64,000 nt of DNA, from the NCBI GenBank assembly GCA_002269645.1, contig NIVC01002707.1, positions 62,001-126,000 of the forward strand. The letters run 5' to 3'. Of the stretch, positions 1-13,122 are shown piece after piece (the stretch's first letter is position 1; each line of letters begins with the position of its first letter). The DNA is from Macrostomum lignano (taxonomy: Eukaryota). The notes beneath the pieces were generated by a model. It saw nothing but the letters and a program-made list of their open reading frames with translations. It was not told the DNA's origin and did not search any database. The position numbers were made by a program, and so were the translations under genes.

Positions 1-1941
1 CAGGCCAGTCTCACTGCATCCTTCATCAATCTACTAAGCCGCTAGAATGCGCGCGTACGTACTGCCTGCTGCCACCCCTACCCAGTCTGCCAAGAGACGA
101 GGTGGAGAAAGAACGGGAAAAGGAGACACGAGACATAACGGAGTAGGAGGGGCCGGTCAGACAGAGAAGCAAAGCCAGGGACCGCTACTTAGAGAGTCTG
201 TGGATTAGAGAGAAGCCTACTAGGCTAGACTAGAGACAGGGCCTGTCTGACCCAGCATCGATCTATAAAACCCAGACAGACGTCTAGGAGGGGTTCCGGC
301 CGGGGAGGGTGGATGGACTGGGACTGGGGAGTGTGTCTGGCTTGTGGGGGTGGGGGCATCGGATCCGATGGGGAAAAATGCTAAAGTGCAAACGAACTGG
401 CCGAGTGAGTGCGCCTGGTCGGGAATCGGGTTTAGGATTAGGGCGGGGACAGGACAGGGGAGTCCTAAATCTTCACCTTAAATTTTAAGAAACTATTCCG
501 CTGCCCTATTTAACACCGGCGGAAAAACGGTCTGTTAACGGTAGGAATTCAAAGCCAAATTGTCAGGGGGAATTTCCCAGGGAATTTCCCCTTGGTAGTT
601 CTACTCTTAGTGAGCATGTTCCCATCCCCCCTCCCAGTGAACGCAAATATCAATAGTTGCAGTGCATTAATCTGTTCCTTTTTGGGAAAGGGGGCACCGC
701 GCACTAAAATGAGAGCAGATGATCCAGCAGAAGTCGCATCCGTGAGACGCCAACCTGCCCCTAGCAAATAAGACTGGACTCCATTTTTTGTTTTAAAGTT
801 CAGTTCAGCGAAGAAAGCTGTGGCAAAGTTAACGTCTCAGGGATTTGACTAATCTGCATTGTTGGCTTGTGTAATTTGAGGAAAAAATCGTTTAAGTATT
901 ATATTAGAGTACAACGTCTACTATACACATGCATGCAGAAAGGTGTGGCTTACCTTTTCGGTCCAGAACTCGGGCCAGACAGACCGAATGACCCAAAGTG
1001 GCACGGCAGAAAAAGCTGTGCCTGCAGCCTGCAGGAAAGTTCTGTAGTTTTTTTGGTTGGTTTGGATTTAAATAAGAAAGAATGGCGGGTGTTAATTCGG
1101 TCTCTCAGTTCGGTCCTTCCCAGCTCTACTTCAGCACGCTCACACCACTGGCATGTCTGTGCCCTGTGGGCCCAGCGCACTTACTCAGCCTAGCTAGAGT
1201 ATCACCAGTATATCTGTAATAGGCTCGGTTTGGGGCGGGTAAGCAGACTCACTAGTGGATTGATCGTTATATAGGTTCCTATTTCTTACCTTCGTATTTC
1301 CTTCCCCTCACCGTATTTCTTCTCTTATAAGCCTTTCTTCACCCTTCTCCAGGAATTGTTAACGCTTTAACGTACTGTATATGAATGTATAGGTTAGTTA
1401 ATATTATGGTGGGGTGGGCCAGTCCAGACGATCCAATGCATCCAATAGGCGGCTTTTAAGGGGCGCGCTTATCTGTGCCCCCACGGGGTCGGCGAAAAGC
1501 TCGCGAGCCAACAACCCCCCCTCCCGCCAGTTCTTTTTTCTAAAAACTCTTAACCAGTCGAGTAAAGTACATGTGCACTCCCAGTCTGTCTGTCTGGGGC
1601 TGTTCTCTTATATAGCCTCGTCCCGAAGCCTCTTGAGTGCAGTTTTTCAAATCCAGTTAGTTCCAAAGCCTAACTTCAACCAAGTTATATTACTTGGTCT
1701 GTGCATTAAATCGGCGGAGAAATTCACACTGGGCTGGGTTGGATGGACTGACTGGTCACGTGACCCTTAAGTTGGAAACCCCTAATGTACATTAACTGAC
1801 TTAGAGGCAGCTTTCAAATTAAGAAGTATGTACAGTTATATTTATACTAATTTATAAGAGCAAATACGAGCTATGTACATGCATTTAGACTTTAACACAA
1901 TCTACGACCCAATTTCGCATAACTACCGGCTTACCCTACCC

Positions 1942-2296
1942 CCGATTCGCCGATTCCCGATTTGCCGAATTTCCTGATTCGCCGAATTTCCTGATTTGCC
2001 GAAATTCTTAATCGCTGCTCTGGAACTTTAAGAAATACTTTAGTAGCATTAAGATATAAGAAATGCTTTAGTAGAGTTTCTTGGTACAGTCGTGTCAGTC
2101 AGTACTCAATGAAAAATAAAAAATAGCACGTCTCTGATGCGCCACAGTGGCCACATGATGGTCTTTATATACATACCCTGACCTGATGACCGACTTCCTC
2201 TCCACCCCATCAGTATCCCTCCCCGCCACCCATTCCATTTTATAATTCCATCCAATCAGGATAAGAATTTCGGCAAATCGGGAATCGGCGAATCGG
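1942..2296. repeat. Inverted-repeat pair (MITE-like/foldback remnant)
   Basis: CCGATTCGCCGATTCCCGATTTGCCGAA (1942 onward, internally triplicated to ~2010) is the reverse complement of 2262-2296. No TSD found. Confidence 0.5.
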
Positions 2297-2349
2297 TAAA
2301 CCGAATTGATTTGGAAGATTTAAGGCTCATTCACGGTTCACAATGCCAA

Positions 2350-2428
2350 CAAGTAGTATGAAGACGCACACGTCTTTTTGCCACCAGTGAACGGGCTTCT
2401 TTTTAGACGTGGGTCTTCATACTACTTG
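2350..2428. repeat. Short hairpin-forming inverted repeat
   Basis: CAAGTAGTATGAAGACGCACACGTCT (2350-2375) pairs with AGACGTGGGTCTTCATACTACTTG (2405-2428). Confidence 0.55.
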
Positions 2429-3078
2429 ATAAACCTAGTTTTGTACCGATGAAAAAGAACTTTGAGAAGCTCAATAAAAATGTAAATCTCTACTTCTCCC
2501 ATTTTCTCTCTTTGTCTGTTCTGTTTCTCTCCACTCTAATCTCTCTCTAGTCTCCCCTCTCCTCTCCTCTCGCTTCTAGCTCTCGTTTTATCTCTTATCT
2601 TCTCTTTAGTCTTATCTCTTCTCTATTCTCTTTCTCTCTCATCTGACCCGCAGCCATGAGCTGGAATCGAGTCTTCTATAATAGGCTTTAGAAGGCCTCG
2701 ATATAAAAAAATTTCTAATGACTCCAGAGCGTAGCAGGGTTATATTTTGCAAAGAAAGCTATAAATAAAGTCTTTCCAAAACACTGTACATACCTACTTC
2801 AGAAGCCGTATCGTCTGACTTTTTGGTCGGGGGGAGGATTGTACACGTAGTGATAGTGACTTGGATCTTGCGCCCGACGAACTTTGTACTGGTCTTGCAA
2901 TTCAAATGTGCAGTTAAAGAGCTAAATTTAATACGAAATTCTAATCACGTGACGCCCGTTTATCGATCTAATTTCCCTTGGTCTGTGTGCGAGTCAAATG
3001 AAGCTCTATTACACGCCCTCCAAACCAAGCCGCCAAGCCCTCTCGTGTTGCCACAACCCCACTTGGAAGGGACGGGTG

Positions 3079-3463
3079 CATAGATAAAGTATACATAGAT
3101 TCCACCCCTGCCCCCGCGGAGTGTCTAAATTGTGACCATCACTTTATTCACTGCGCTCCTATTGGCTGGGCCACGCTATGCACATTGAGTCCACGTGTGT
3201 ACATTCCCCCAACTCCGGAACACTTGCGTGTCGACTTCATTCTTGCTAAACTGTTGAAACTGGTAAGACATCCTTTCGTTCCGCGCATTAAAGTTATAAA
3301 GCTTTCTTGTGTGGAAGGGGTGAGGGAATGAAATCGAAGGGGTTGAAAGGAAGGCTTTCGCGCCAGCCAATGAGAGCACGGTGAGTTTTATGGTGGTCAA
3401 AGTTTGGACACGAGCGTGTGTACATTCTGGGCAGGGGTGGAATCTATGTATACTTTATCTATG
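3079..3463. mobile_element. 385-bp MITE with 8-bp TSD (P-element- or hAT-superfamily type)
   Basis: Perfect 35-bp TIR CATAGATAAAGTATACATAGATTCCACCCCTGCCC (3079-3113 / 3429-3463). Identical 8-bp direct repeat GACGGGTG at 3071-3078 and 3464-3471. Confidence 0.9.
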
Positions 3464-6400
3464 GACGGGTGTGTACATTGTATGTACGATTATTCCAACC
3501 TTTCCTTTCCTTTCTAACCAGCTTAACTCAGCCCAACGCCAAAGCCATGCAAGCAATCGCATGCAAATGCAAATTATGCAAAGCGGTATGCGGCTTAATC
3601 TGATGAATTTTGGTGCAAAAAATGCATTTTTACCTCAAAAGAACATCGAATGGTTATGAAACTCAAGAAATATGTTAAATTAGCTGTATGGAATACTGTG
3701 CATTGGTTTCAGTGCAAAAGTCTTACCATTTCCAGTTTAAATAGCCCCGAAACTAACATAAAAGTAAAAAGTCAAGTTTTCAGTTTTTTATCGATAATTT
3801 TTTACCCAATGAACCGAATCTCTAGAAATTGCACACAAATATGCCTCATTATGTGGGAAATCAGATTTCATAAAAATCTTGTCGTCCTATTGCGTTATTT
3901 TGCCTGATTTCAAGCAAAATATAAAAAAATCACTACTCTGATCGATTTCCAATCACTTTTGACACATGAGCACTTGTTGCAGACACTCAAAAACTTGGTA
4001 AATTTTAGCCAGACATTAGTACAACTAATTGCAGTGTCCGCATTTGATTTACCATTCTTTTAAAAATTTAATCACCCTTTTTTCTGGCACCCAATCAGCC
4101 AAAAATCACAAATTATCGATTTCTGATCGATTTTTCAACCCGAAAGCAGCGAAATCAGACGGCGGCAATTTAAACCAATATAGTACAGCAACTATGCTAT
4201 AGAAATTCGAAGTCGGATTATTCGCACCATGTTCTCAAAATTATAATGAGCAATAATGCGAAAGTCATGTAATTTTTTGAAAAATCGATTTTTGTCAATT
4301 TTCTCAGCACTGCAGAAGCGTAGGAAAACAAAGCTTTAGACACTTGTAGATATTTGCATTGCGCATCCAACTGCACTGCTTTGAAGCCGAAACTCAAAAA
4401 GCTTCGTAGGAAAAAGTGGGGAAATAATAAAATGAGGGTCATTTTTTTACCCAAAAAACCCACCAAAACTACATAAAGATACCAAAATAAATCAAAGCGC
4501 CATATACCATTTTGTAGGAAATTTAGTTTTAAAACTTTGATCCTCAGATGTCGAAGCTGTATCTCGTAAGGTGTACCAGAATTTTGAGATCTCCTAGAAG
4601 CACTTTTGAAAAAATCGTCTTTCCAGTTAATTTACGGCTCATTTAAAAGATCTCTGCATTTAAAAGTACATTCATTCGATAGATCTAAAAGTTTTCTATC
4701 GATCGACACCTCACTCAACTCAATCGGTGCAGTGGTTGCAAAACAGGAGCATTTTTTAGCAAAAAAACGTGAAATTTCAAAATGCATAAGAGTCTAACTT
4801 ATTTACTCGAAATTATTCACTCGCCCTCGGCCCCTGGCGGGGCCTCGGGTTCTCTCGCTCTCGCCCGACGCCGCCTTCGGCGGCGCCGGGCTCGGCTCGT
4901 TCACTGGTGGAACTAGGAAACCCATCCCCGGGAAATTTTGATAAAACCCTCCCCGGGGAATTGTTTCGGGGACCCGGCGAAAATGGGAAAGTGAAGTAAG
5001 TATACACGGAAATGATGTAGCAATATTGTCAATCAAATCACACGATCAATGTACAAATGAAACAAATCTGATGTACAAGTTGCGTTATCACACGAGAAAT
5101 TGGACCATTTTTTGATGGCGGCGTGAACTAACCAATTTTACATCTATTTAAGCATGCAAGACGCACCAAGGATACTCCAGATGCAGTTTTTATAACAAGA
5201 TATATAATTGAATACAGCAATTATGCTATTGTATTTATTGTCAAGTCCAAAGCCAAGTACTTCGTGTATACTACCGGTACTATATATTTCAGAGCTAGAA
5301 TTCGTTCTTGACGTATTCCGTCGCCTTCATTTAGCTAATGTGTGTGCAATGCACTTTAGTTTTCTAGACCATTCCGTGTGTCTGGTCGAGGTAGGAGTAG
5401 AGTTACTTGCTTGCTTAGTTGGGCACTCAGCATATTCAAATTGCAAGCAATTTTTATGAATTTTATTGCAAGTACAGACAGACCCGCACACCCTGGCAGT
5501 CGCAGACCACACACTGTGTGCCTGTCTGAGCACTGGTGAGTGCATGTCTTTCCAAAAAATTCTCTTACTTCTCATTTCGACACGAAATCAACAGGTAATT
5601 ACTTATTTCCTGCTGGTGTTATTGTAAGTAGTATTGTATGCAAATTGTATGCCATGTTTTCTATTTCATTGCGGTACCAATGAGGTAAAGTTAAAAAACA
5701 ATAGATACATGTAAACTAATCAGCAAGCATAGATAAATGTAAACCAACTTGCACAATATAACCTTATTCTTCTACTGTTAGTACTTATAGTAAGTGGAAC
5801 ATTTTATTTCTTTTCTTACTATTAGACTGCTCATTTAAAAGAAAAAAAAATTAATTTGGATGCGATGAAATTTAAATGGAAAACTATTATTGTGTCTCAT
5901 TGAACTTGAATTCTAGTTAGAAAAATAATTGAGTTGTCCTTGAGCTGTACCGCAACACACGGGTGTATATGAGTCTTACAAGACAGGCATTGTATACGTG
6001 AACGAGGGAGCAAAATGACAAAATCATGAGAACGGGTGACTTACTCTCTAATGCCTCATCTCTCTTTGGACTGCCAACCTGCGTTCGTGATATCATGGAG
6101 AGCCTCATTTCGTCTTAATTATCCCTCATAGATGATGGCTCGATACGAGTTTCTCTCCTACTAAATCTTAATCTTCTCCTCCAGCGTTCAATCCAATTAA
6201 CTTGAGAAGCACTTTGCACTTGTACCGTAAAATGGCTTCTTTAAAACCTTACCAACGAATTCTTGCTTTTTCTTGAAGTTATTCAAGGACGTATCCAGCC
6301 CCAGATTGCAGATCCTTCTGTAAGTTTCTGAGTCAGCATTCAGTGCAGTTTGGTTAAAGTTCATTAATTAATTTCGGGAAAAGTTCCAGAAAAAGTCGTC

Positions 6401-6779
6401 CGATGACTTCATAAAATCTTCATTTTCCGGGATCAGAAATTCTCGGGATTGTTAGGACCCGAAATTCGGGACCCCGGGATTACAAAAGTCCGGGAAATCG
6501 GGAGGACTTCCTCGACTCAGCGTGCGGCTTTTCCGATTGCTTGAAAAAATTCCTATTCGAGGCCCTGAGAAAACTACCTTATTAGGATTCCCAGCCAGGT
6601 CAGTCAGCCATCGGACACCTGGACTGCCTACCGACAATCGATCCTGCTTATCTCTGGCGCTGTTCAACCAGCAGATAACGACAAGCTCGCCTTAATGAGG
6701 CACGTTGCTGAGGTGTTCTTGTAGCCCCTTACTGTACCTCCGGCGTATCGAATGACACCAATTCTTATAGGCTTAATTC

Positions 6780-9538
6780 GGGTCCACCCCAACTGCCAGC
6801 CGGAAAACTGCCAGCCGGAAAACTGCCAGCCGGAAAACTGCCAACCGACAACTGCCAGCCGGAAAACTGCCAGCCGACAACTGCCAGCCGACAACTGCCA
6901 GCCGGAAAACTGCCAGCCGACAATTGCCAGCTGACAACTGCCAGCCGGAAAACTGCCAGCCGACAACTGCCAGCCGACAACTGCCAGCCGACAACTGCCA
7001 GCCGGAAAACTGCCAGCCGACAACTGCCAACTGACAACTGCCAGCTGATAACTGCCAGCCGACAACTGCCAGCCGACAACTGCCAGCCGACAACTGCCAG
7101 CCGACAATTGCCAGCTGACAACTGCCAGCTGATAACTGCCAGCCGACAACTGCCAGCCGACAACTGCCAGCCGACAACTGCCAGCCGACAACTGCCAGCC
7201 GACAACTGCCAGCCGACAACTGCCAGCCGACAACTGCCAGCCGGAAAACTGCCAGCCGACAACTGCCAGCTGACAACTGCCAGCTGACAACTGCCAGCCG
7301 ACAACTGCCAGCCGACAACTGCCAGCCGACAACTGCCAGCCGACAACTGCCAGCCGGACAAGTGCTAGCTGGAGTACCACTAATATTAATGCAGACAGCT
7401 GTAAGAAATAGAGCTCGGACTACGTCATCCGTGCCGAAAGCTACTGCCCCCAACCTGTCCAGGACGTCCTGCTCACCATGCAGGTCCTGTTCAGACGGGG
7501 CCAGGCTCAAACTCAGCGATATGTGGACTCACTGGACTGCCTGCTGTGCAACGCCAATGCGCTGGACACCGCCGGCGGGTGGACTTCGTTCTCTTGCTAG
7601 CCCTGCGGCGAGCCATTGGACACTGCCTCTATTTCTGTAACTCTTGGGCTAATGTAATTTATTGTTCATGTTGTTTCTATAGTTTCCTTTTAATAAAACT
7701 GAAGTGTGACTAACAGAATTTATCTGAATTCGATCGAATTTTGCTGACCTACAAAGCTTTGCTTGGCTTATTTGCTATATGAAATTTAAAGACTAACAAA
7801 ACAACAGATCATGTTCATGTTCATGATCTTCTCATGTTTAATGCAAAATAAAAAAGGAACGAAACAATTATAACAGGAAAATAGTAGAATTTATTTCTGA
7901 TAGCTTATCAGCAAATGCGCCCGCTAACTGCGTCGGCAAAGTGTGCAGTAAAATAAAAGCTGGCCAATGAAAAATAGGTGCAATTTTACTATAATAAAAC
8001 AGCATATTTTTGCAACTGCATTAATTATCGCATTTTAGAAGTAATGCAAAATTAATTAGCTTCGTACCGTCAAAACAAAAAACGTCTAATTGCACCGGCA
8101 CTAAAACTGTCTGTAAATTACTAGCTGTCTCATTTTTTTATTTCTTGTTACACCTTATCAGTCCATGGTTTCATAGTTTTGTCTTACTTTAGAAGTTGCT
8201 AAACTGAGAGTAAACTGTTTTTGTTAAAGTTTTATTGGGGCTTAATTTTCTGCTAGCATTCTAAAAAACATTAAATAATAGTAGAATAGCTCTTGGGATG
8301 ACTTGATGCGCCAAACTTAAGCTAAGTCCTAAATAACAGAGTACGAAAACAAATAAAAACAAAATTAGTCAGCATTCGATGCAAATAGCATGTAACAACC
8401 CGTTGTCTGTTCAGGTCACACATGATTGAAGAACCATAAAAATGAGTTACTTCTTCAAATGATGAGCAATGCCACGTAGGAATGACCGGAGTGGGAAGTC
8501 TACTGGCAGACCACCATTCGCCTCATCCCATCGCTGGGCAACGCGAAGAACGTTAGCGTTGCTCCGGGCATACTTACTTCTGATGATTGGTGCCTCCCCA
8601 GCTGCAGCTCGCTGCATGGGCAATTGCTGGTGGTCCATCTCCTGCTTCAGGTGTCCAAGCAACTTGAAAAGCTGTGGGTTGTTGCAAAGAGGCATTCAGG
8701 ATCTAGCTAGAAAGTAGACAGCTTTGTTTACTATTTATTAAATCAGTTAATTATTCAGCAAAAACAAGTAGCCATTGCATTGTTACAGAAATCAGTTAGC
8801 CTAGCTACAAGTTGTTTTGTTTTATCGCCAACAAAAGTTTGTAAGCTTGTGCGGCATGTGCGCGAATCAGAGCTGGCAACTTTCGGCTCCTGCACGAACA
8901 TCTTGGTTCAAATTTCGTATTTTAGGTAGCCTTTGCTCTTTCTTTGAAAGCTTTATTTAAGTAAAGTAATTTAATAGACTTTTCTAGGATTGCGTCATAT
9001 AGCAATCGCAATCGCAAATAAAATAATAAAGTAAATGAACTTTCAATACAAATATATTTACAATAGGCATTACAGAATGCCTTCTCTTTCACATATACAC
9101 TTCTAATGGAAATCTGAAAAAATTAGGGAAGGGAAGAGCGACATTTAAGGCTACCCCACAAGCCTTTTGCTAGCCAAACAGTTTCGTACTTTTTACTTAG
9201 CTAATAAGTAGGCTACAGTAGATTCAATTAGCTAGAACTTGTCGGCTGGCAGTTGTCGGCTGGCAGTTGTCGGCTGGCAGTTGTCGACTGGCAGTTTTCT
9301 CGGCTGGCAATTTTCGGCTGGCAGTTGTCGGCTGGCAGTTGTCGACTGGCAGTTTTCCGGCTGGCAGTTTTCCGACTGGCAGTTGTTGGCTGGCAGTTGT
9401 CGGCTGGCAGTTGTCGGCTGGCAGTTGTCGACTGGCAGTTTTCCGGCTGGCAGTTTTCCGGCTGGCAGTTGTCGGCTGGCAGTTGTCGACTGGCAGTTGT
9501 CGATTGGCAGTTTTCCGGCTGGCAGTTGGGGTGCTCCC
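6780..9538 (-). mobile_element. Non-autonomous Mutator-like element (MULE) with minisatellite-containing long TIRs
   Basis: 9-bp TSD GCTTAATTC at 6771-6779 and 9539-9547. Termini GGG(TC/AG)CACCCCAACTGCCAGCC. Both TIRs are built of a 14-15-bp unit (ACTGCCAGCCGACA/ACTGCCAGCCGGAAA; left ~6790-7355, right ~9236-9527) and share the inner end ACAAGT(G/T)CTAGCT. Contains an internal transposase C-terminal fragment. Confidence 0.88.
8447..8695 (-). pseudogene. MULE transposase C-terminal fragment
   Basis: NNPQLFKLLGHLKQE...AAGEAP..RSKY...N.NV.....LRSFLRGIAHHL resembles the C-terminus of invertebrate MULE transposases (HP.I..F...LK.EQ...AG...R.KY...YLR.IAHNL pattern, from memory). The DDE core is absent. 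Confidence 0.65.
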
Positions 9539-10016
9539 GCTTAATTCAGATTCGATAATCAGCACGCGAAAAACAGGATTTAGAAATGTTTGTTCAGCAG
9601 TGAGCATGGGTCTGTGTGATTGTCAGATAAAATAATTAAGCTAATGCTCATCATTCTTCCTATTAGAATTTGGTTCTTCTAAACTACTTTCTCCTCCAGG
9701 TATTGTCACTGACCTCTCTGTGGTGGGAAAATGTGCCCAGGGGCACAGGGGGCAGGGCCACATGTCAATCATATTCGATGCGGCGTCATGCAGCTTTCGA
9801 ACAGCATGCATGGTGTCCAGGTATAACCTCGATGGCTACAGGATAATGAACTACCGCTTTTGACTGCATGCTGTTTTTGCAGTCTCTGGCATTGGCAACT
9901 GTATAGGTAAGAGAATCTATGTAGGTGTTGGGGTATAGGGGAACTTTTGAATCTAATAGCCGGACCGCAGCTTGTTCAGTCAGTCTGCCAAGTAGCATGA
10001 GGACAACTTAGGCAGT

Positions 10017-10490
<474 letters not shown>

Positions 10491-11591
10491 TTTCATACCC
10501 AGTGTTACCTGTTCTCGAAATCGTGGCCCTTTGAACAAAGGACAGTTTCAAGGAGTTCAGTTGTCCTTGGACAGTTTGCTACCTTTTAATGCTTTTTAGG
10601 CAGCAAAAGCGGATGGCGAACCTATTTGACGTCATGCAGCTTCCTTTCCTGCAGTGAGCTAATTTGGGATTGATCTGAGCGCAATCATAAAAAATAGGCA
10701 GAAAATACTGAAGCCGATTTCCACGAAATGTTTATGGTATACCTACCGTACACTAAACGACATTTATGCGATCGATCGGTTTAAGCAAGAACAGGGTTTA
10801 TCTGCTACTCTGACCACGATAAGATCTGCAAGTTTCTGAGGCTATAAGTTATAAAAATGTGCCAGGTGCAACCGGAAGCAGAAAAAAATGCTGTTCCGAC
10901 GCAAGGTCAAAGGTTTCCACATCAATCATGGATTGTCTTTGCCCAGTCTGTCGATATGCTGCAACCCTAGTAATGTGTAAAGTTACAATTTAGAGTATTG
11001 AGCCCTTTTGCGACTAAATGAAGTTTCGTGTATGACACCTTTTTTGCTTACTCGTAGCAACACCAAGCTTTTTACAAGCCGGTGTAGAAAATCAGCTTCT
11101 CAAATGTGTTTGAAAAGCAGCTGTTCACTGAAGTTACTTGACTTCAGAACCGAAAGAAGAGTTTGAAGTTTACCTGAAACATAATACCCCGATGCATACT
11201 AAGAAAGAATAAGTATTTCCAATCAAAATGGTTGCTGTTTCGAGTTTTGCGAGTGCGAATGTGAGAGAACTGTGGCGAAGTGGCATGGCAGTTCACGGGA
11301 TTGATAAAATTTATTAGCACTTATTTAGTGACAGAAACTGACTATACTTCTGCTTTAAAAATAGGAATACCGGAAAACTTACAGTGATTGAAATACTCGT
11401 AGATTTCCTGTGGCGAATTTGACAGCTCTGGCAGGGCGTGGGCGGCGTGACAGGCCGAGACCGCGTCACCTGCAGCGCCACCAGCGGCACCATAAATGAG
11501 AGCCCAGCGACCGAGCCCGAGACCCAATCAGCAACTCAACCCAGCAGCCAGTCTCAAGAAGCCAGCAACCAAAGCACCCAGCTCAGCAGCC

Positions 11592-11879
11592 ATGTACAAG
11601 CTCGTCTGTCTGTTCGCTCTCGTGGCCTTCGCCGCCGCCGCCTACACTCCGGAGCAGAAGAACGAGGTCGTGAACGACATCATTCACGAGGTCGTTCCCG
11701 TGCTCAGCATCGACACCAACTGCCTGCAGCAGAATGGCATCGACTCCGTGATGTGCCTGGTGACCAACCTGATCACCTGCTTCTTCTCCAGCGGCACCAA
11801 CATCAGCCAGCTGGCCACCTGCCTGGCCAGCAAGTGCGGTGGCAACGCCATCCAGATCATCAGCTGCATCAAGCTGTAA
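11592..11879 (+). CDS. Small secreted cysteine-rich protein (95 aa, intronless, uncharacterised)
   Basis: ATG in GCCATG context at 11592. Signal-peptide-like MYKLVCLFALVAFAAAA, then a mature part with 6 Cys (spacing C-10-C-7-C-13-C-4-C-9-C). Strongly C/G-ending codons, TAA at 11877-11879, AT-rich 3' flank, ATAAAT motif ~100 nt upstream. Confidence 0.8.
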   Translation: MYKLVCLFALVAFAAAAYTPEQKNEVVNDIIHEVVPVLSIDTNCLQQNGIDSVMCLVTNLITCFFSSGTNISQLATCLASKCGGNAIQIISCIKL

Positions 11880-12849
11880 ATGCTCGATAGCTTTATTTCA
11901 GATAGATTCCAAATACACTACTTGGCTTCCTTGCAATTCGAGATGTAACATCTACATCAATTAATAAGCTTTGTCAATTTAATTTTAATTTCTTAAGCTA
12001 CAACTCAGGAGAATGGAGAGTAGGTGCTGCTTGTGTCGCTAATATTTTGAGCGCCATACTGTACGCAGCAGCCCTTCTACCATGCTACCATGGTTTACTG
12101 ACCCGTCCGATAGCGCTTAAGAAAATTTCTGAAACAAATGGAAGGTCAAGAAAGACAAGGACATGCATATAACTGAGCAACCAGCAAGTGTTGAGCAAGT
12201 ATTCATTTAAACTGCCCACAGTCCTTTCTATCTAATCAATATACCTAAATCTAGGCATAAATGTAAGCCAGGCTCACCGATAAGCACCTCTCAATAATGA
12301 GCAAATCCCCCTATTAGCCTTGTGAACACGCTAGCACAAGTCGAGCATAGCGCCGCAACAGCTAGCGTTGCTGTCTACATGAGCAGCTGAATTTAGAAAT
12401 TTGCTCAGTTTCCAATCACAGAGCAGCATGACTGCGGCTGCTAACTAAGCCTGATCATTAAGTATTCGATCTTAGTTATTATAGGGGGTTTCAGTTCCAA
12501 GCCTCAATTTACCGGCTAATTTCAGTGATCAAACCTTCTGAGGCTTCATCAAAACTCCACAATGTCTCATGCTCCTAAAAACGCGCAGTTACGCATATAA
12601 ATCGTCATTTGACTGCTGCAATCACTCAGTGGATTTTGAGCGATTGCAGCTTCACTCTTTATTGAACGTGTCGCTTCCATTTTGCATTTCAACTGTCTGT
12701 CCAACAAGATGCAGAGTCGCATCGATACATATGAACTGATTTCCAGCACGCAACTTTGACGAACTTTGACCAAATCGCCCGTCAATTCTTGGATTGGATT
12801 GTTGTGAAAAATAGGAACGAGTTTGCTACAAACAAGTACCTCTTTTTCA

Positions 12850-13122
12850 GTAAGTGAATGAACTAATGGCAGATGTGCAACCGACAGCTCAGCCGCAGCT
12901 ATTGCGCGGCGCATCTGAAGGCTGCGTACGGCTGTTCAGTCCAAGGACTTGGTGGAGGGGGTCGCCACCCATGCTGGCACCCATTTTACAGTTGGGGAAT
13001 CTGAAGCAATGCAGAGTTAAGTGTCTTGCTCAAGGACACAGATTGTTTCAGTGGCATCGGGAATCGAACCCCCGACCTTCAGGTCGTGAGTCCGACGTTA
13101 TAACCACTAGGCTACAACCCCC
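12850..13122 (-). mobile_element. tRNA-derived CORE-SINE (MIR-like)
   Basis: Minus strand: A box TAGCCTAGTGG and B box GGTTCGATTCC, then CORE-like TGTGTCCTTGAGCAAGACACTTAAC...CCCCAACTGTAAAATGGG, ending in a TTCATTCACTT-type tail. The 3' boundary is approximate. Confidence 0.8.

Noticed and set aside
568-589. Two tandem GGGAATTTCC (NF-kB-like) sites
   Set aside because: No associated gene or promoter evidence. Short quasi-palindromes like this are common in repeat remnants.
4820-4915. Strong GC hairpin CGCCGCC-TTC-GGCGGCG followed by CTAG (Helitron-like 3' end)
   Set aside because: The hairpin is ~25-30 nt from CTAG, the next base is G rather than T, and no 5' end could be defined.
6120-6330. 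Minus-strand NWIERWRRRLRFSRRET, weakly like a pogo/CENP-B HTH
   Set aside because: Multiple stops and frameshifts and no DDE region; the similarity is too short to support by eye.
9918-9936. 17-bp match (ATGTAGGTGTTGGGGTA, YPNTYI) to the PEPCK exon at ~63978
   Set aside because: Flanks do not align and there is no other PEPCK similarity; treated as chance.
13050-13122. Possible genuine tRNA gene
   Set aside because: The acceptor and anticodon stems pair poorly, and it runs directly into a CORE-SINE body.
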